Shown here: positions 1-12,399 of the stretch, piece by piece
Position numbering within the stretch: position 1 is the stretch's first letter
How the letters are laid out: every line of letters starts with the position of its first letter
DNA from: Malacoraja senta
Lineage: Eukaryota
DNA: 64,000 bases
Direction: 5' to 3'
Assembly: GCA_038087875.1 (NCBI GenBank)
Contig: CM075977.1
Span: 58,962,001-59,026,000, forward strand
Notes under the pieces: model-generated
The model's input: the letters and a program-made list of their open reading frames with translations, nothing else
What the model was told of the DNA's origin: nothing
Databases searched by the model: none
Made by a program: the position numbers and the translations under genes

Positions 1-39
1 TCTTCTTTAACACTGTTGCTTATTAAAACAGACCTTCAT

Positions 40-250
40 TCATGGTTGGCTCAAGAGTAACTCGGGAGAGGAACTTGGTAACTCGGGAGACGAACTTGGA
101 ACATCGCAGAAATGACAGTTAACGGCAAACTTGAGTCATACCCGTGGGAACTCGGTTAAACTCTTGATCATAAACTTGGAGTCTCGTACGCAACCACGGG
201 TCTTTCACTCTGGGTCACTCGTGGGTCAACTCGCACAGTGAGACAGGGCT
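40..250. mobile_element. Right end of a PIF/Harbinger-type MITE, apparently inserted into the DIRS element
   Basis: Ends in AGTGAGACAGGGCT followed by TTTA. This resembles the AGTGGGACAGGCCCT TIR of the MITE at 15215-15865. Internal short ACTCG repeats. Confidence 0.5.
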
Positions 251-379
251 TTTAGAAAATGCCTTGATCACTCCTACAGCCACCGTCTGTCTTGTCATGG
301 ACAACAAAGCGACCAAGAGGTGGAGGCCGTTGAGGTATGCAAATATTATTCCATCAGTCGCATGAGATGTGCTGACGAT

Positions 380-1225
380 ATTCTAGTCGGAGGTAGGTTG
401 AGACTGTTCAAAAACAGGTGGGGACAGATAACCTCTGATCCTTTCAGTTTACAAATCATAAATGGTTATAAGATTGAGTTTCTGGCTGATCAATTTCCTC
501 AGCGGCAAGAGAAGCCAAGACTCCCGTACATACGGTCTAATGAGGAAACTATGGCTATCCAAGTTGAAATAGAGAAATTACACAAAAAGGATGTGCTGGA
601 GCAGTCTGCCCATGAACAAGAGGGGTATATTTCTAATATCTTCTCAAGGTTGAAGAAAAATGAAGGATACCAAATCATTCTAGGATTTGGCTAGTCTGAA
701 CACGTGCTTGGAATATAACCAATTTAAGATGGATATTTTTCATTCAGCAAAATAGCTGATTGCAGAGGATTGCTTTAGGGCCTCAATCGATCTCAAAGAT
801 GCATACTATTCAGTACCATTACACCAGAGTCACAGGATATATCTGAAGTTTATCTGGCAAGACCAGTTGTGGCAATTTTAGGCTCTACCTAAGGGGTTGA
901 GTTCAGCCTAGACTATTTATAAAGATTCTAAAGCCAAGGTTGCCCTACTCAGATCTAAAGAGCATATTGTCATGGGGTTTGTAGAGGACATGGTCATTGT
1001 AGGGAAGAGATCATGTGTCACAGAGTTAGCTGTTTCAGCAACCAAGGCACTCCTAGAATATCTAGGGTTTGTTATTCATCCAGGAAACTCCATACTGGAG
1101 CCAAATAAATCTATTACATATCTAGGTTTTGTCATAAACTCTGCAGATATGTCTGTGACCCTACCCACAGATAAGAAACAGAATATTGTAGAGGCATGCA
1201 CACGGTATAAATATCGGAAGATGCC
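380..1225 (+). pseudogene. DIRS reverse transcriptase remnant (frameshifted)
   Basis: ORFs 320-694 and 972-1256 plus intervening frames. The YxDD motif is degraded to FVED. Confidence 0.85.
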
Positions 1226-1409
1226 TCCAAAGATAATTCAAGAAGAGGCAACATGAATTATAGTAGTGTCAAATTGGCCTACTCAACCATGGTTTCCTTT
1301 GTAAATAGGTCTGCTGAAGGAAGCTCCTACATTTGCTCACAGACGTGAGCAGTGGTTAGTTCAACCTATCACTCGTGCACCTATCACTGCATGGTTGTAT
1401 GGAAAAGTT

Positions 1410-2210
1410 TGTGAAGAGACACATGTGAGCTACTTTTAAACAGAAGTAGCAGAGGTTTGTGGTTTCTTTCAGTTTGGTTTTATGAGAAGCGACTAAGTTA
1501 TGGCGCAATTAACACTGCTCGTAGTGCTTTGTCATTGTATCTAGTACTAGAAGTGTGACAATAAACGATTGGCTCTCAACAACTGGTGACAAAGGGTATG
1601 GAAGGTGTATTTTATATGAACCCTCTAAAGCCTAGATACAAAGTAGTGTGGAATGTGTAATCAGTATTAATTTTTTTACGCAAATTGACATCAGCTGTAT
1701 CCCTAACGTTGGAGCAGTTACACTTAAGTTAGTCATGCTTATGACACTTATTTCTGCACGAAGAGCTCAGGCTTTACACAATCTCCATCTGAATAACTCA
1801 GTCATATCTGACAAGAGGGTAGCATTTTATGTGAATGAACTCATAAAGCAGAGCAGGCACGGTTGAGTACTAGTTGGAGCTGGCAGCATATCCACCAGAT
1901 CGTAGATTGTGGGTGTTTTAGTATGTGAAAATGTACATTGAGGTTACTAAGAACCTATGAGATTAAGGAAAAGTTTCTTCATAGTTATAAAATAGTCTCA
2001 CAAGAGATAGTTGGTTCAGACTATTTCAAGATGGATAGAATGTAAGCAGCTGAAAGCTGGAGTGAATACAAATAATTTGAAGTCACACTCTACCAGGGCT
2101 GCTGGCACGTCAGCAGCCAGTAGAATGGATGTTCCTCTTTGATCACATTCTTGCAACAGCAGGAGGCTCATATGAACGCACTTTCGGAAGTTATAAAATA
2201 TTGTTGAACA
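1410..2210 (+). pseudogene. DIRS tyrosine recombinase remnant
   Basis: AINTARSALS, TLKLVMLMTLISARRAQALH, LIKQSR, QTISRWI, HSTRAA and ILATAG, spread across frames with stops. Confidence 0.85.
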
Positions 2211-3184
2211 TGTCTGGACGATTGCAGATAGAATTCTGGACAGTGCTACATGAGCTGTTGTCTAACTCAAAGGCAATTGGGACTGTGCTCCAATTAAGGG
2301 TAATGTACATGCATGTAAAGTTAGCATCATGTTGTTAATGGCCCATGTCTTTTCTACCATTTATGGTTTATCTGTGTAGTGTGTTCACATACAGATTGGT
2401 TTACTGCATGAAACCTCAGAGCTTCAAAGGCTTCACGTAGTCTCATCACGAGTCTTCGAAATAAAATAGAAAGATTAAATGAGAAGTTACCATTTGAAGC
2501 TTGATCTTGATTTTATGAGAAGTTGGAGTGAGAGACTACGTGCCCTCCACACCCAACCCTGAATCTCATAAATTTAATTCGGTAAGTCAAGGGTTATTAA
2601 TCTTTCTATAGCTTGATTCTGGTTTAAATGGACTGTGGTTTCATACAGTGGCTCTGAAGATTGATGTGCATGCGGGCCGGTGGGTTCTTCACGTAGTCTC
2701 TCACTCTAACTTCTCATAAAATCAAGATCACACTTCAAATGGTAAGTTCTCATTTAATCTTTCTATTTACTTATGAAATAAAGAAGAGGGTCTCACCTAT
2801 CCATTTTCGCCAGATATGCTACCTAGTGAGTCACTCCAGCATTTTTCTGTCTATCTTTGAACTGTCTATCTATCTACTGAATAGCATGAACCAGCATCTG
2901 CAGTTCCTTCCTACACATGTTGCCACATCACAATGGCTGGTCCACAACAGATCATTAGTAATATGTATTTGCTTATTTTAGAAAATGTTAGCACAATCAT
3001 CCCTACCTTTGCTACATGATATACGAGCACAAAACAATTGAAATTGGATTGACATTATGTTCATGTATTTTATTTTGAATGTGTTTGACTAATCTATGTA
3101 TTTGACTATACCATGACAAATATAAATGTAATTAGTCCATAAGACCATATGACAGAGGAGCAGAATTAGGCCATTCAACTCATT

Positions 3185-3317
3185 CTTCTTCTACTTGCGT
3201 ATGGTGTGTACAGCCTAAAGTTGTAGGTCAACTTGTTCTATTTGATCCTGTTTGTGTTGGGTTGATTGCATTAGTCAAAACAGGGTGGACCACATGAAGG
3301 TTGCAATCTCCCACCAC
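3185..3317 (-). mobile_element. Short non-autonomous retroposon with HDV-like ribozyme head and (GAA)n tail, copy 1
   Basis: Second copy at 33571-33702. Imperfect 12-bp TSD ATTCAACTCATT (3173-3184) / ATTTAGCTCATT (3318-3329). 3' end is a short (AGA)n run. Confidence 0.85.
3264..3317 (-). ncRNA. Putative minimal HDV-like self-cleaving ribozyme
   Basis: Minus strand reads GTGGTGG-GA-GATTGCA-ACC-TTCATGT-GGT-CCACCCT-G-TTTTGA-CTAA-TGCAATC. This maps to P1, J1/2, P2, P3, L3, P3', P1', P1.1 G, reduced P4, J4/2 (candidate catalytic C at 3274) and P2'. Confidence 0.7.
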
Positions 3318-5349
3318 ATTTAGCTCATTGAGTCTGGCTGATCTACTGTTCCCTTTAAACCCCATTCTCCCCCCTCCCCCCTGTAATCTTTGATGCCCTT
3401 CCTAATCAAGAATCTATCAATTTCCGATTAAAAATACCCAATGCCTTGGCCTCCACAGCCACTTGTGACAGTGAATTCCACAGATTCACAACCCTTTGGC
3501 TTCATTCTCATCTCCTTTCTAAAGGTATGTCCTTTTATTCTCAGGATGTGCCCTCAGTCCTAGACTTTCACACATCCACTCTATCTAGGTATTTCATTAC
3601 CTGGGAGGTTTCAATGAGTTCCCTCCTTATCATTCTAAACTTCAGTGAGTGCAGGCCCAGAGCTTTCAAACACTCCTCATCCCTAGGATCATTCTCATGA
3701 ACCTCCCTTGGCCCTCTCCAAAATTAACACATCCGTCCTCAGATATGGGACCTGGAACTGCTTACAATATTCTAAATGTGGCCTCACCAGCACCTTATAA
3801 AACCTTAGAATTATACCCTTGCTGTTGTATTCTAGTCCCCTCGAAACGAATGCTTTCCTTACTGCCAACTCAATGAGCTGTAGTTGACCTCATCTTAACA
3901 ATAGATTTACCATGGAGAGAAGTCCCTGTCTAATTACAGGTCCAGATTTGGTACCATAAGAAATATGCGGGACTAAAACACCTTAGGATGATCTAAACTC
4001 TACACTAGAAATTTGCTCATTTTCCATCCCAATCAGAATTGTGTTTACCTCAAGATTTAATGCGATATCATCTATTTATGTATGAAGCAATGATTTGGTT
4101 GTTGATGGTTCGAAGAGAAACAAGACAGAAATTGTTACAAACTAAGAAATGTGAAATACAATGTCAGGTGAACACATTGATGTAACAAAGGTACACAAGT
4201 GTAAATGCTTACAGGGATTGTAACAGCATACAGAAAGGCCATTTGCTTTAGATCCATAATTGTACCATTATTATTCTAAAGTAAGTATTTTTAGAAACAT
4301 AGTGATGCAGCCTCCATGGAGGATTAGTTTTTCCTGTTTGCTAACGTTGTGTTCATTAGGTGAGAGATATTCCAAGGAACAGAATATTTTCCATTAGTGC
4401 ACTTAGTTTCCACATCAAGCATTCCCATGTTGGTTATCGGATAAGAACATATAAATAAATGAAATAGAAGTGTGAATAAGATGTAAGCAGCTCAAGCTGC
4501 CTCGCTACCAACTAAGATTACGGTTGATCCTTCACCTCAGGCCACATTATTCATATCCCTTTGTTTGCTTCAAGTCCAATAATCTGTCAATCATAGTGTT
4601 GAATTTATTCAACAACTGAGCATCTAACTTAGTCTGTTGAAGTAAAAATTCCAAAGATTTACAATTCTCTGAATAACAAAAATATATTTTCTAAATATAT
4701 CCTCATAAATACTTGATTCTTTCTTCCGATAATGGAAGTGGGAACGCACTCTACCTGCAATCACCGAATGTCACAGCACAGGAAGAAGCTATTTGTCATA
4801 TCATTTCCACGCTGGTCCTTTCATAAGTATTCATGTGATAGGAGCAGAATTAGGCCATTTAGGCCATCAAGTCTACAAATTCCAGATGAGTGCAGGAGGC
4901 AGCGCCAATGCAGTCACTGAAGTAGAAGAGGGAGAGTTGGGGAGAGGTGCTAGAGTAGGTTGGAAACAAGGACTGTTTCAGCTGTTAGACATCAAACACC
5001 TACCTAGCATGCTGTGTTTAATATTTTCTTGATTGGCAAATTTCATTGGCATCATGATGACTCGCTAGGGATTAAAATCATTCTTGGTTCCCTTTACAAT
5101 TATTAATATTCTTTCGCAGTTGAATCGTAGTGCATTTAGGAGTGGTCCCCAATGTTGCCAAATGACCTAGTACGTTTATCAGCTCTTTGGTTCAACAAAT
5201 AGATGATAACCCCCACATTCTTTACCATTTTATAATTTGTTGACTGAACAAGAAATAGGATAATTATGTCAGCTTTGCCGTAGAGTTCAGCCTGATTTCA
5301 TGAATACCTGCCGAGAGACTCCTTAAATCTGCTGGAGATTAAGTTAGAT

Positions 5350-6170
5350 CTAAAGGACAAAGGACAAAGGGCATTTATTGTCATATACACCAATTGGCGC
5401 AGTGAAATTTGAGCAGCACAAAAATAAGATAAACACAACACTATAGAATTTAACATAGAACATAAAAACATCCCCCGCAGCGGAATCAATGTTTCCCACT
5501 GTGGGAGAAGGCAACAAAGTTCAGTCCTCTTCCTCATGTTCACCCGTGGTCGGGGCCTATTGAGGCCTCTGCAGTTGCCGCAATGGCAGCCCGATGTTTC
5601 AGGCCCTCGAACGGAAGAACACTCTCAGCGGCTTGGAGTTTCCGAATCGGCCGCTTCCTACCGGAGACCGCGGCTCCTGAAGTCCACGGGCCGAGCTGGT
5701 CGGAGATTCAATGCTGGCGACCCCAGCAAGGTTCCCATGCTCCGCGATGAAAGGGGCAGTGCCGCCTGCAGCTGGAAGCTCCGCAGAACACAGCTCTACG
5801 GTGTTAAAGTCGGCAGCCCCAGCACTCCTGAGCTCCAACACAGCGATCCCGGTAAGGCATCGCCCCGCTCCGCGATGGAATCCAGTGCTGCGCCGCTGCT
5901 GAAGCTGAAGCTCTGGCCTGTCTCCGGCATGAAAGGCCGCGCCAACCCAGATGGTAGGCCGCGTGAGGTGGTGAAGATGTGACTCGGAGGACATACGCAT
6001 CCTCGACCAGAAAGTGACTGAGAAAAACAGTTTCCCCCTTTCCCCCCCACCCCCCACATAAAAAAGACTAAAAGGCCTCCAAAACAAAACTTTGGACAGA
6101 CTAAAAATTAAATAAAGGATGAAAGGACGAACAGCTGTTGGCGAGGCTGCCACACTCGATGGCACCACGT
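5350..6170 (-). mobile_element. Non-coding GC-rich non-autonomous retroposon with (TTGTCCT)n tail
   Basis: Collinear with a second copy at 42437-43238. The minus-strand 3' end has AATAAA followed by short tandem repeats and resembles the Rex1-type tails at 51425 and 42037. Confidence 0.7.
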
Positions 6171-7789
6171 ACATAGACTGAACGTAGGGAGATTTTTTTT
6201 ACATCTGGTATTCATTGTTGTTTTTAGAGAACATTCAGATTTCAGGTGCAGCAATGTGGAAACGAGCGTGGGCTACACTTTTCAAATTGCCATAAAACAG
6301 TTGCACCACTCTGGAATTTCCCACATAAAACAAACGTGGGTAAGAAGATTGTGCTTGCAGGAAATCCAGGTCCAGAGACATAATTCAGATGTATTCATTT
6401 TTTATTAGTTTGCTGCATCAAACCTCAGCGTAACCAATGCTCGTAGATTTTAATTGGCTTCGATAGAGAGTCCAAAGATGGAGACTGACTGATGATGAGA
6501 TGCATAATCTTCACCTGCTATAATGTTTCACTCAATGGTAAAGCGGGCTATCACAGGCTTTGGCCGATCAATTTGTGTTGTCTAAGCGCTTTCCAGGTGA
6601 AATTTGCTTTGAGTATGTTCTGAATATGCAACATCCAATGAGGAGTTGCAAGAGAAAAATTAATCGACTAGTTTCAACCCAAAATAACTCCATTGTCAAA
6701 ATAATTGCCTTTACACATTTATTTCTGAACCACCAATGTTTACAACATAGTAGGAGGTCATTTGGCTGCAAATGTCTGTGTTAACTTTGCTCTTCTCTAT
6801 AATATTTTTAGGCAGGATTGGCATGCAAATGGGCTAATAATGCAGTCAGCATGAGTTCATCTCTCATGATGGATTTGCAAATTTGCAAATTAAAATGGTA
6901 CCAACAACCAGAGCTGTTGTAAATGGTTGATTCACTAATATTCTTTTTTTTTTTAAACTGTTACATTTATTGGTCTGGCTTGTGTGTTTCCATTTTCATT
7001 CCAATGTTGTTGACTCATAACTATTATCTAAGATGGCCTATGCAGTTACAGTACTCAATTTTAATTCAGGATGAGGCATTAGATGCCAGCTGCTGTTGTT
7101 TGCCCACATCAAAATGTTGAATGAATAATAATTCTGTTTCATTTTCTGCTTCAAATATCTATCCCAGTTTCATCTATGTCAGAGCCATTTCCAGTGATGA
7201 AACATTCTATGTTCAAACTAGCAGTGCAAAAAAAAAAAAAAAATTTATTTTAGATTTCCAGCATCTGCATTTTATTTTTAGATTTTCTTCTTTCAGTTCA
7301 AATAGATCTCTCAATCTCTCTCATCATTCTTTTAATGATGTTTTTACATTGCTCTCTCTCTCCAAATGGATAAAATGATAACTTTTTAACATCTTTTAAA
7401 GAAATGTCATTAAATCTCCTCTTTCTCTGATTCAGTTGAATCCTCCTAGTTTCTCCAGTCCCTGCATGTACCTGTTATTATCTAATGCTGGCATCATCTT
7501 GGTGAGTCTTGTTGCACGTTCTAAACTGTTTTCCATGACAGGAGGTACAGAGGTGCATATAGTCCTTCAAATATGAAACACTCAAAGCGTTTTAACGTTA
7601 GTTCTTGCTGACATGCATCACATTCCCATTCATGTTGTCAATTTTATTATGACTTCATGGATTACATATTTGAATCCTGGATTTCTTTGTTCATCCACCA
7701 TTCAGTGTCTCCCCATTGAATAAATATTCCCATTTCTTATTCATCTCCCTAAAATGTATGAACTCACGCTTCTGTGCACAAATTTGTCA

Positions 7790-8280
7790 CAGCACTTAGA
7801 ACAGTACAGCACGGAAACAGGCTCTATGGCCCACAATGTCTGTGCTGAACAATATGGCAATTTAATCTCCCGTATCTGTGTGCGATTGGTTTCCCCCACT
7901 CCCTAGATATCCATGCACCTAACTTAAAGCCTCATAAACATCACAATCAAACCTGCTTCTCCCTGGCAGCATCTATCATTCCCTGTGTAAAAAAAAACAT
8001 GCCTTGCACATCTCCTTTAAACTTTCCACCTCTGACCTTTAAATTATGCCCTCTAATTTTTGACATTTCCACCCTGGGGGAAATGTTTTGACTGTCTACT
8101 CTATCTATGCCTCTCAGAATTTTATATACTTCTAATAACCTCTAATCCAGACGGCATTCTGGTAAAAAACGACACAAAGTACTGGAGTAACTCATTCTGC
8201 GTCTTTTTTTCTAAACCTTTTTTGGTATCAGCATTTTGGTAAACCTCTTCTGCACCTTCTCCATATCCTCCAGTTTCTTC
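7790..8280 (-). mobile_element. Old CR1 3' fragment
   Basis: Similar to fragments at 57980-58380 and 40430-40590 (TTTGACATTTCCACCCTGGG). Confidence 0.6.
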
Positions 8281-8790
8281 CATGCATGCAGGGCTTCTGT
8301 GTGTACCTAATATGTGGACTGGAGATTCTCATTTTTACTCAGAGTGATCCTTTTCCACTTCGAGACATCATGAACCAGAAATTTAAGGGTCAGTGGAAAT
8401 GGCGCATTTTTTCGAGGAATGTCTGAGCACGTCCTTGAATATTTCTTTCTCTCTGTCTGGTAATCTCTTCCCATGACAGAGCTTAGAAATATGTCTTGGT
8501 AGTCAGGTGTCATGCATGCAAATCTGTGCGAACTTGATGTGTCTCAGCATCACAAAATGAGACTAACCCATATACGTGTGTACGTTCAAGGAAATAGTTT
8601 TCCTCATTTACTAATTGGAACTGTTGGATGGTCAATGGTAAGTCAATGGTAAGAAGTATTCATTTGGCTACTTGCCACTCTCAAACAAACTTTTCAAACC
8701 TGCCAATTGACTGCTCTTCACCAAGATTCTCCGATCACTATCACTTCCCCAATCCCTTCCCCAATCCCTTCCCCTCATCTCTTTCTATCA

Positions 8791-9894
8791 TAGAAACATA
8801 GAAACATAGAAAATAGGTGCAGGAGTAGGAGTAGGCTATTCAATATGATCATGGCTGATCATCCAACTCAGTATCCTGTACCTGCTTTCTCTCCATACCC
8901 CCTGATCCCTTTAGCCACAAGGGCCACATCTAACCCTCTTAAATATAGCCAATGAACTGGCCTCAACTACCTTCTGTGGCGGAGAATTCCAGAGATTCAC
9001 CACTCTCTGTGTGAAAAATGTTTTCCTCATCTCGGTCCTAAAAGATTTCCCCCTTATCCTTAAACTGTGACCCCTTGTTCTGGACTTCCCCAACATCGGG
9101 AACAATCTTCCTGCATCTAGCCGGTCCAACCCCTTAAGAATTTTGTACATTTCTATAAGATCCCCCCTCAATCTTCTAAATTCTAGCGAGTACAAACTGA
9201 GTCTATCCAGTCTTTCTTCATATGAAAGTCCTGACATCCCAGGAATCAGTCTGGTGAACCTTCTCTGTACTCCCTCTATGGCAAGAATGTCTTTCCTCAG
9301 ATTAGGAGACCAAAACTGTACGCAATACTCCAGGTGTGGTCTCACCAAGACCCTGTACAACTGCAGTAGAACCTCCCTGCTCCTATACTCAAATCCTTTT
9401 GCTATGAATGCTAACATACCATTCGCCTTCTTCACTGCCTGCTGCACCTGCGTGCCTACTTTTAATGACTGGTGTACCATGACACCCAGGTCTCGTTGCA
9501 TCTCCCCTTTTCCTAATCGGCCACCATTCAGATAATAGTCTACTTTCCTGTTTTTGCCAACAAAGTGGATAACCTCACATTTATCCACATTATACTGCAT
9601 CTGCCATGCATTTGCCCACTCACCCAGCCTATCCAAGTCACCTTGCAGCCTCCAAGCATCCTCCTCACAGCTAACACTGCCCCCCAGCTTCGTGTCATCC
9701 GCAAACTTGGAGATGTTGCATTCAATTCCCTCGTCCAATTCATTAATATATATCGTAAATAGCTGGGGTCCCAGCACTGAGCCTTGCGGTACTCCACTAG
9801 TCACTGCCTGCCATTGTGAAAATGACCCGTTTACTCCTACTCTTTGCTTCCTGTCTGCCAGCCAGTTCTCTATCCAAATCAATACTGATCAAAA
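8791..9894 (-). mobile_element. 5'-truncated CR1 LINE, young
   Basis: Open 323-aa ORF2 portion, (TTCTATGT)n tail and 6-bp TSD CTATCA (8785-8790 / 9895-9900). Inserted into a Penelope 3' end. Confidence 0.95.
8911..9882 (-). CDS. CR1 ORF2 reverse transcriptase, C-terminal portion (5'-truncated, late frameshift)
   Basis: GVPQGSVLGP, KFADDTKL, RPHLEYCVQFWSP, RGDLIE, RTRGH and FFTQRVVNLWN. Confidence 0.9.
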   Translation of the reverse strand: MIWIENWLADRKQRVGVNGSFSQWQAVTSGVPQGSVLGPQLFTIYINELDEGIECNISKFADDTKLGGSVSCEEDAWRLQGDLDRLGEWANAWQMQYNVDKCEVIHFVGKNRKVDYYLNGGRLGKGEMQRDLGVMVHQSLKVGTQVQQAVKKANGMLAFIAKGFEYRSREVLLQLYRVLVRPHLEYCVQFWSPNLRKDILAIEGVQRRFTRLIPGMSGLSYEERLDRLSLYSLEFRRLRGDLIEMYKILKGLDRLDAGRLFPMLGKSRTRGHSLRIRGKSFRTEMRKTFFTQRVVNLWNSPPQKVVEASSLAIFKRVRCGPCG

Positions 9895-9900
9895 CTATCA

Positions 9901-10040
9901 GCTGTCTCCCCTTTACTCCATCAGCCTGAAGAAGGGGCCAGACTTGAAACACCATCTGTCCATTTCCTTCCATTAATGCCTACCCCAGCAGTTTGTTTTT
10001 TTGCTCATGATTCCAGCATCTGCAGTCTCTTGTGCCTCTA
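9901..10040 (+). mobile_element. Degenerate Penelope 3' end (pLTR fragment)
   Basis: CTGAAGAAGGGG...GAAAC and TTCCAGCATCTGCAGT, matching the ends at 24020 and 46040. Confidence 0.6.
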
Positions 10041-11574
10041 CTAATACTTTATGCAGCCATCAGCACCAATTCCATGTTTGCAGTTCCATTCAACTAATAT
10101 CGATAAAATAATGTAGGTTTAAGATTTTAAAATGGTAACTACAGGATCGTTTCCATATTTTAAACAACTTTTCTCTTCTCACAAATGGACAGCTTTGACC
10201 AAAGTCACTGGGAAACTAAGCAAGAACAATGCATTTTGGCAAGGGTCAATAAAAGAGGAAGCAAAAAGAACAATTCTTTGATGGTGAAACAACATAAAGT
10301 CTTTGGACAAAACAGTGCATATGATGTGCATTTTCAACACATGTCGCTGTTGTAGTAGTCTCCCATACACAACTGTTCTGGATGATATTTAGTCTTAAAT
10401 GCCGGGTTCCTAGAAATCTAAAAAGAATTATCAGAAGTAGTTTTTGCACATGGTCTTCACATTGCTTCCAAAGCTCTATCAATAATTAATATTTGCATGT
10501 AATTACTAATAGCAATTCCTCTTCACTGTGCTTAATAAATCAGCTCTCTTTTTTTTAAACTGAAGATGCTTAATATCTGTTATATTTTAAAGCTGATTAA
10601 AATATTTACATTTTAATCTAGTACTAGAGTTGTTGAACAAACATTAAATTATAGTCACCACTGCAGTACAAATTACACAGATTATATTGCTTTATAAATG
10701 CAAATAAAATGCTATTGCACAATGAAAGGTAAACATTTTCAGCATGGTGTTCTGCACTGATAAAATAACCTTCAATTAACTAGTGTGAAAGATGAAACTG
10801 AAATTTGTTTGATTCACTGATAAATGGAGACAAGCCTGTGTTACAAATTGCTTTAGTAGATAGGTGCACTTAAAATATGACCATTTAAGCTTCAATATCA
10901 AAAATATTGACTGTGGCTACACTATTATTGTGTTCAGTAAAATAAATTGGTTCCTGGTTGAAGTGAGAAATGTAAAACTTAACAGGCAGAATCATGAGGT
11001 GGTAGAGACAGAAGGTGCATGTGAACCATTTCAAAAAGGAAACCAGGTTCCCCAGTGCTGGCATTGTTAGACACTTTGGCATTTGTTATACTTTGAAATA
11101 ACATTGTGTAAAATAGCATTTTCTATAATTTTGGTTCCTGAATCATTAGACAATTGAGAGATAAGTGAATGGTGAAAGCTGTGGAGGGTTTCAGTGTGGA
11201 AAACAGAAATTACCTTGACCTCGGTGTTTTCACACGAAGGATACACTCCATCATGTTGTGTTGCACTACAGTGCTCAGTGAGGTTAAGTGAGAACGGATC
11301 TGACACTCAAGACGAGGCATCAGTGAGGCTCACTGAGCCATTGGTTGCACTTACGTCCTACTCCACAACAATACCTTAACTCACGCTTCAGCATATCATT
11401 CACTCTCTTAAGGATGAAGCCTTATTCAATGAGTAATTCTACAAGAGCATACCTAAAACTGAAGTTCCATCGTGGGAAAGCATTTTCATGGAAATGAGCT
11501 AAACATCAGAAAAAGCATGCACCAGATTTATAAAGCCATTTTCACATCAGATTGGAAGACCACGTGTGGATATC

Positions 11575-11735
11575 GGACAGGCGACTTTTCGGATGGGATC
11601 CCTTCTTCAGATTGATTAGTTTGAAGAAAGGTCACCTGTCCATTCCCTCCACGGATGCTGCCTGACTCGCTGAGTTCCTCCAGCACTTTGGGTTTTGCTC
11701 AAGGTTCTAGCAGCTGCAGTTCCTTGTGTCTCCAT
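11575..11735. mobile_element. Degenerate head-to-head Penelope-end unit
   Basis: CCTTCTTCAGA..TTTGAAGAAAGGTCACC..GATGCTGCCTGACTCGCTGAGTTCCTCCAGCA. Confidence 0.6.
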
Positions 11736-12399
11736 GTGAGGATTTTGTTGGTGTGATCTCTGTGCAAGTGACGCCAGCTCATGGAGGCCACAATCATGCC
11801 GGAAGGCATACAGAGCTCATCTCACATCAAATGAGAAGATTCCACCACACAATAAGGCCAATGAGAACGATGAGGAAAGACCCAATCTAAGGATTGATGC
11901 TTACATTGGTGATTGTCAAAGGGCCACATCCTACATGGGTCCCTGCCGGAGAGTCCAAAGCATACATCTTTCTCCAGGTAATTTTACTGCTTTAACTTTC
12001 CAATGTTAGTGATTGGCCCCACCACCACTCCGACTAGCATTGTCTTCAGCACACCCCGAGTTATCTGTCTGATCATCCATATTTATTGTCCTAATTTCCC
12101 CAACTATTTGTCCATGCTACAATCATTCATCTGCACTAACGTTGCCACTTCTCTAAATTACTCTCTGACTTCATTTGACAATCAGCTGCTTGACCTCCAA
12201 TTTTTGGGTATCTCTTGTCCACCCCAGGTCATCTTACTGATCAATCCTCAAAACCTTCCTGAACCCTTTCCAAACTATCCAATTGACGACCAGCTTTCTC
12301 CCCTCGTCCCTCCATCATCTACCTGATTTCTCCAAACATTACTCTGACTACCATGCAACATTTTCTCTGTCTCACTTCCTTTGTGATCTCTAGAACTGC

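Larger units (their letters stand above)
251..2768 (+). mobile_element. DIRS-type tyrosine-recombinase retrotransposon, degenerate, 5' part not visible
   Basis: RT motifs GGRLRLFKNRW..ITSD, GYISNIF, SIDLKDAYYSVP and LGFVIHP..ITYLGFVINS. These join directly to a methyltransferase tail (VVSNWPTQPWFP), so RNase H is deleted. YR motifs ISARRAQALH and FKSHSTRAA. The internal complementary region at ~2432-2542 is inverted relative to the right terminus at ~2689-2768. Confidence 0.9.
3140..3870 (-). mobile_element. Degenerate CR1 LINE 3' fragment
   Basis: Similar to the CR1 3' end at 8791-9400 (GAATTCCACAGATTCAC, GGAGCAGAATTAGGCCATTC). Interrupted by the short element at 3185-3317. Confidence 0.75.

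Noticed and set aside
5536-6174. Overlapping 148-191 aa ORFs
   Set aside because: GC-rich repeat; frames are not conserved in the second copy.
11270-11340. Short inverted repeats CTCAGTGAG/CTCACTGAG as an RNA gene
   Set aside because: Too short, with no tRNA, snoRNA or miRNA architecture that I can support.
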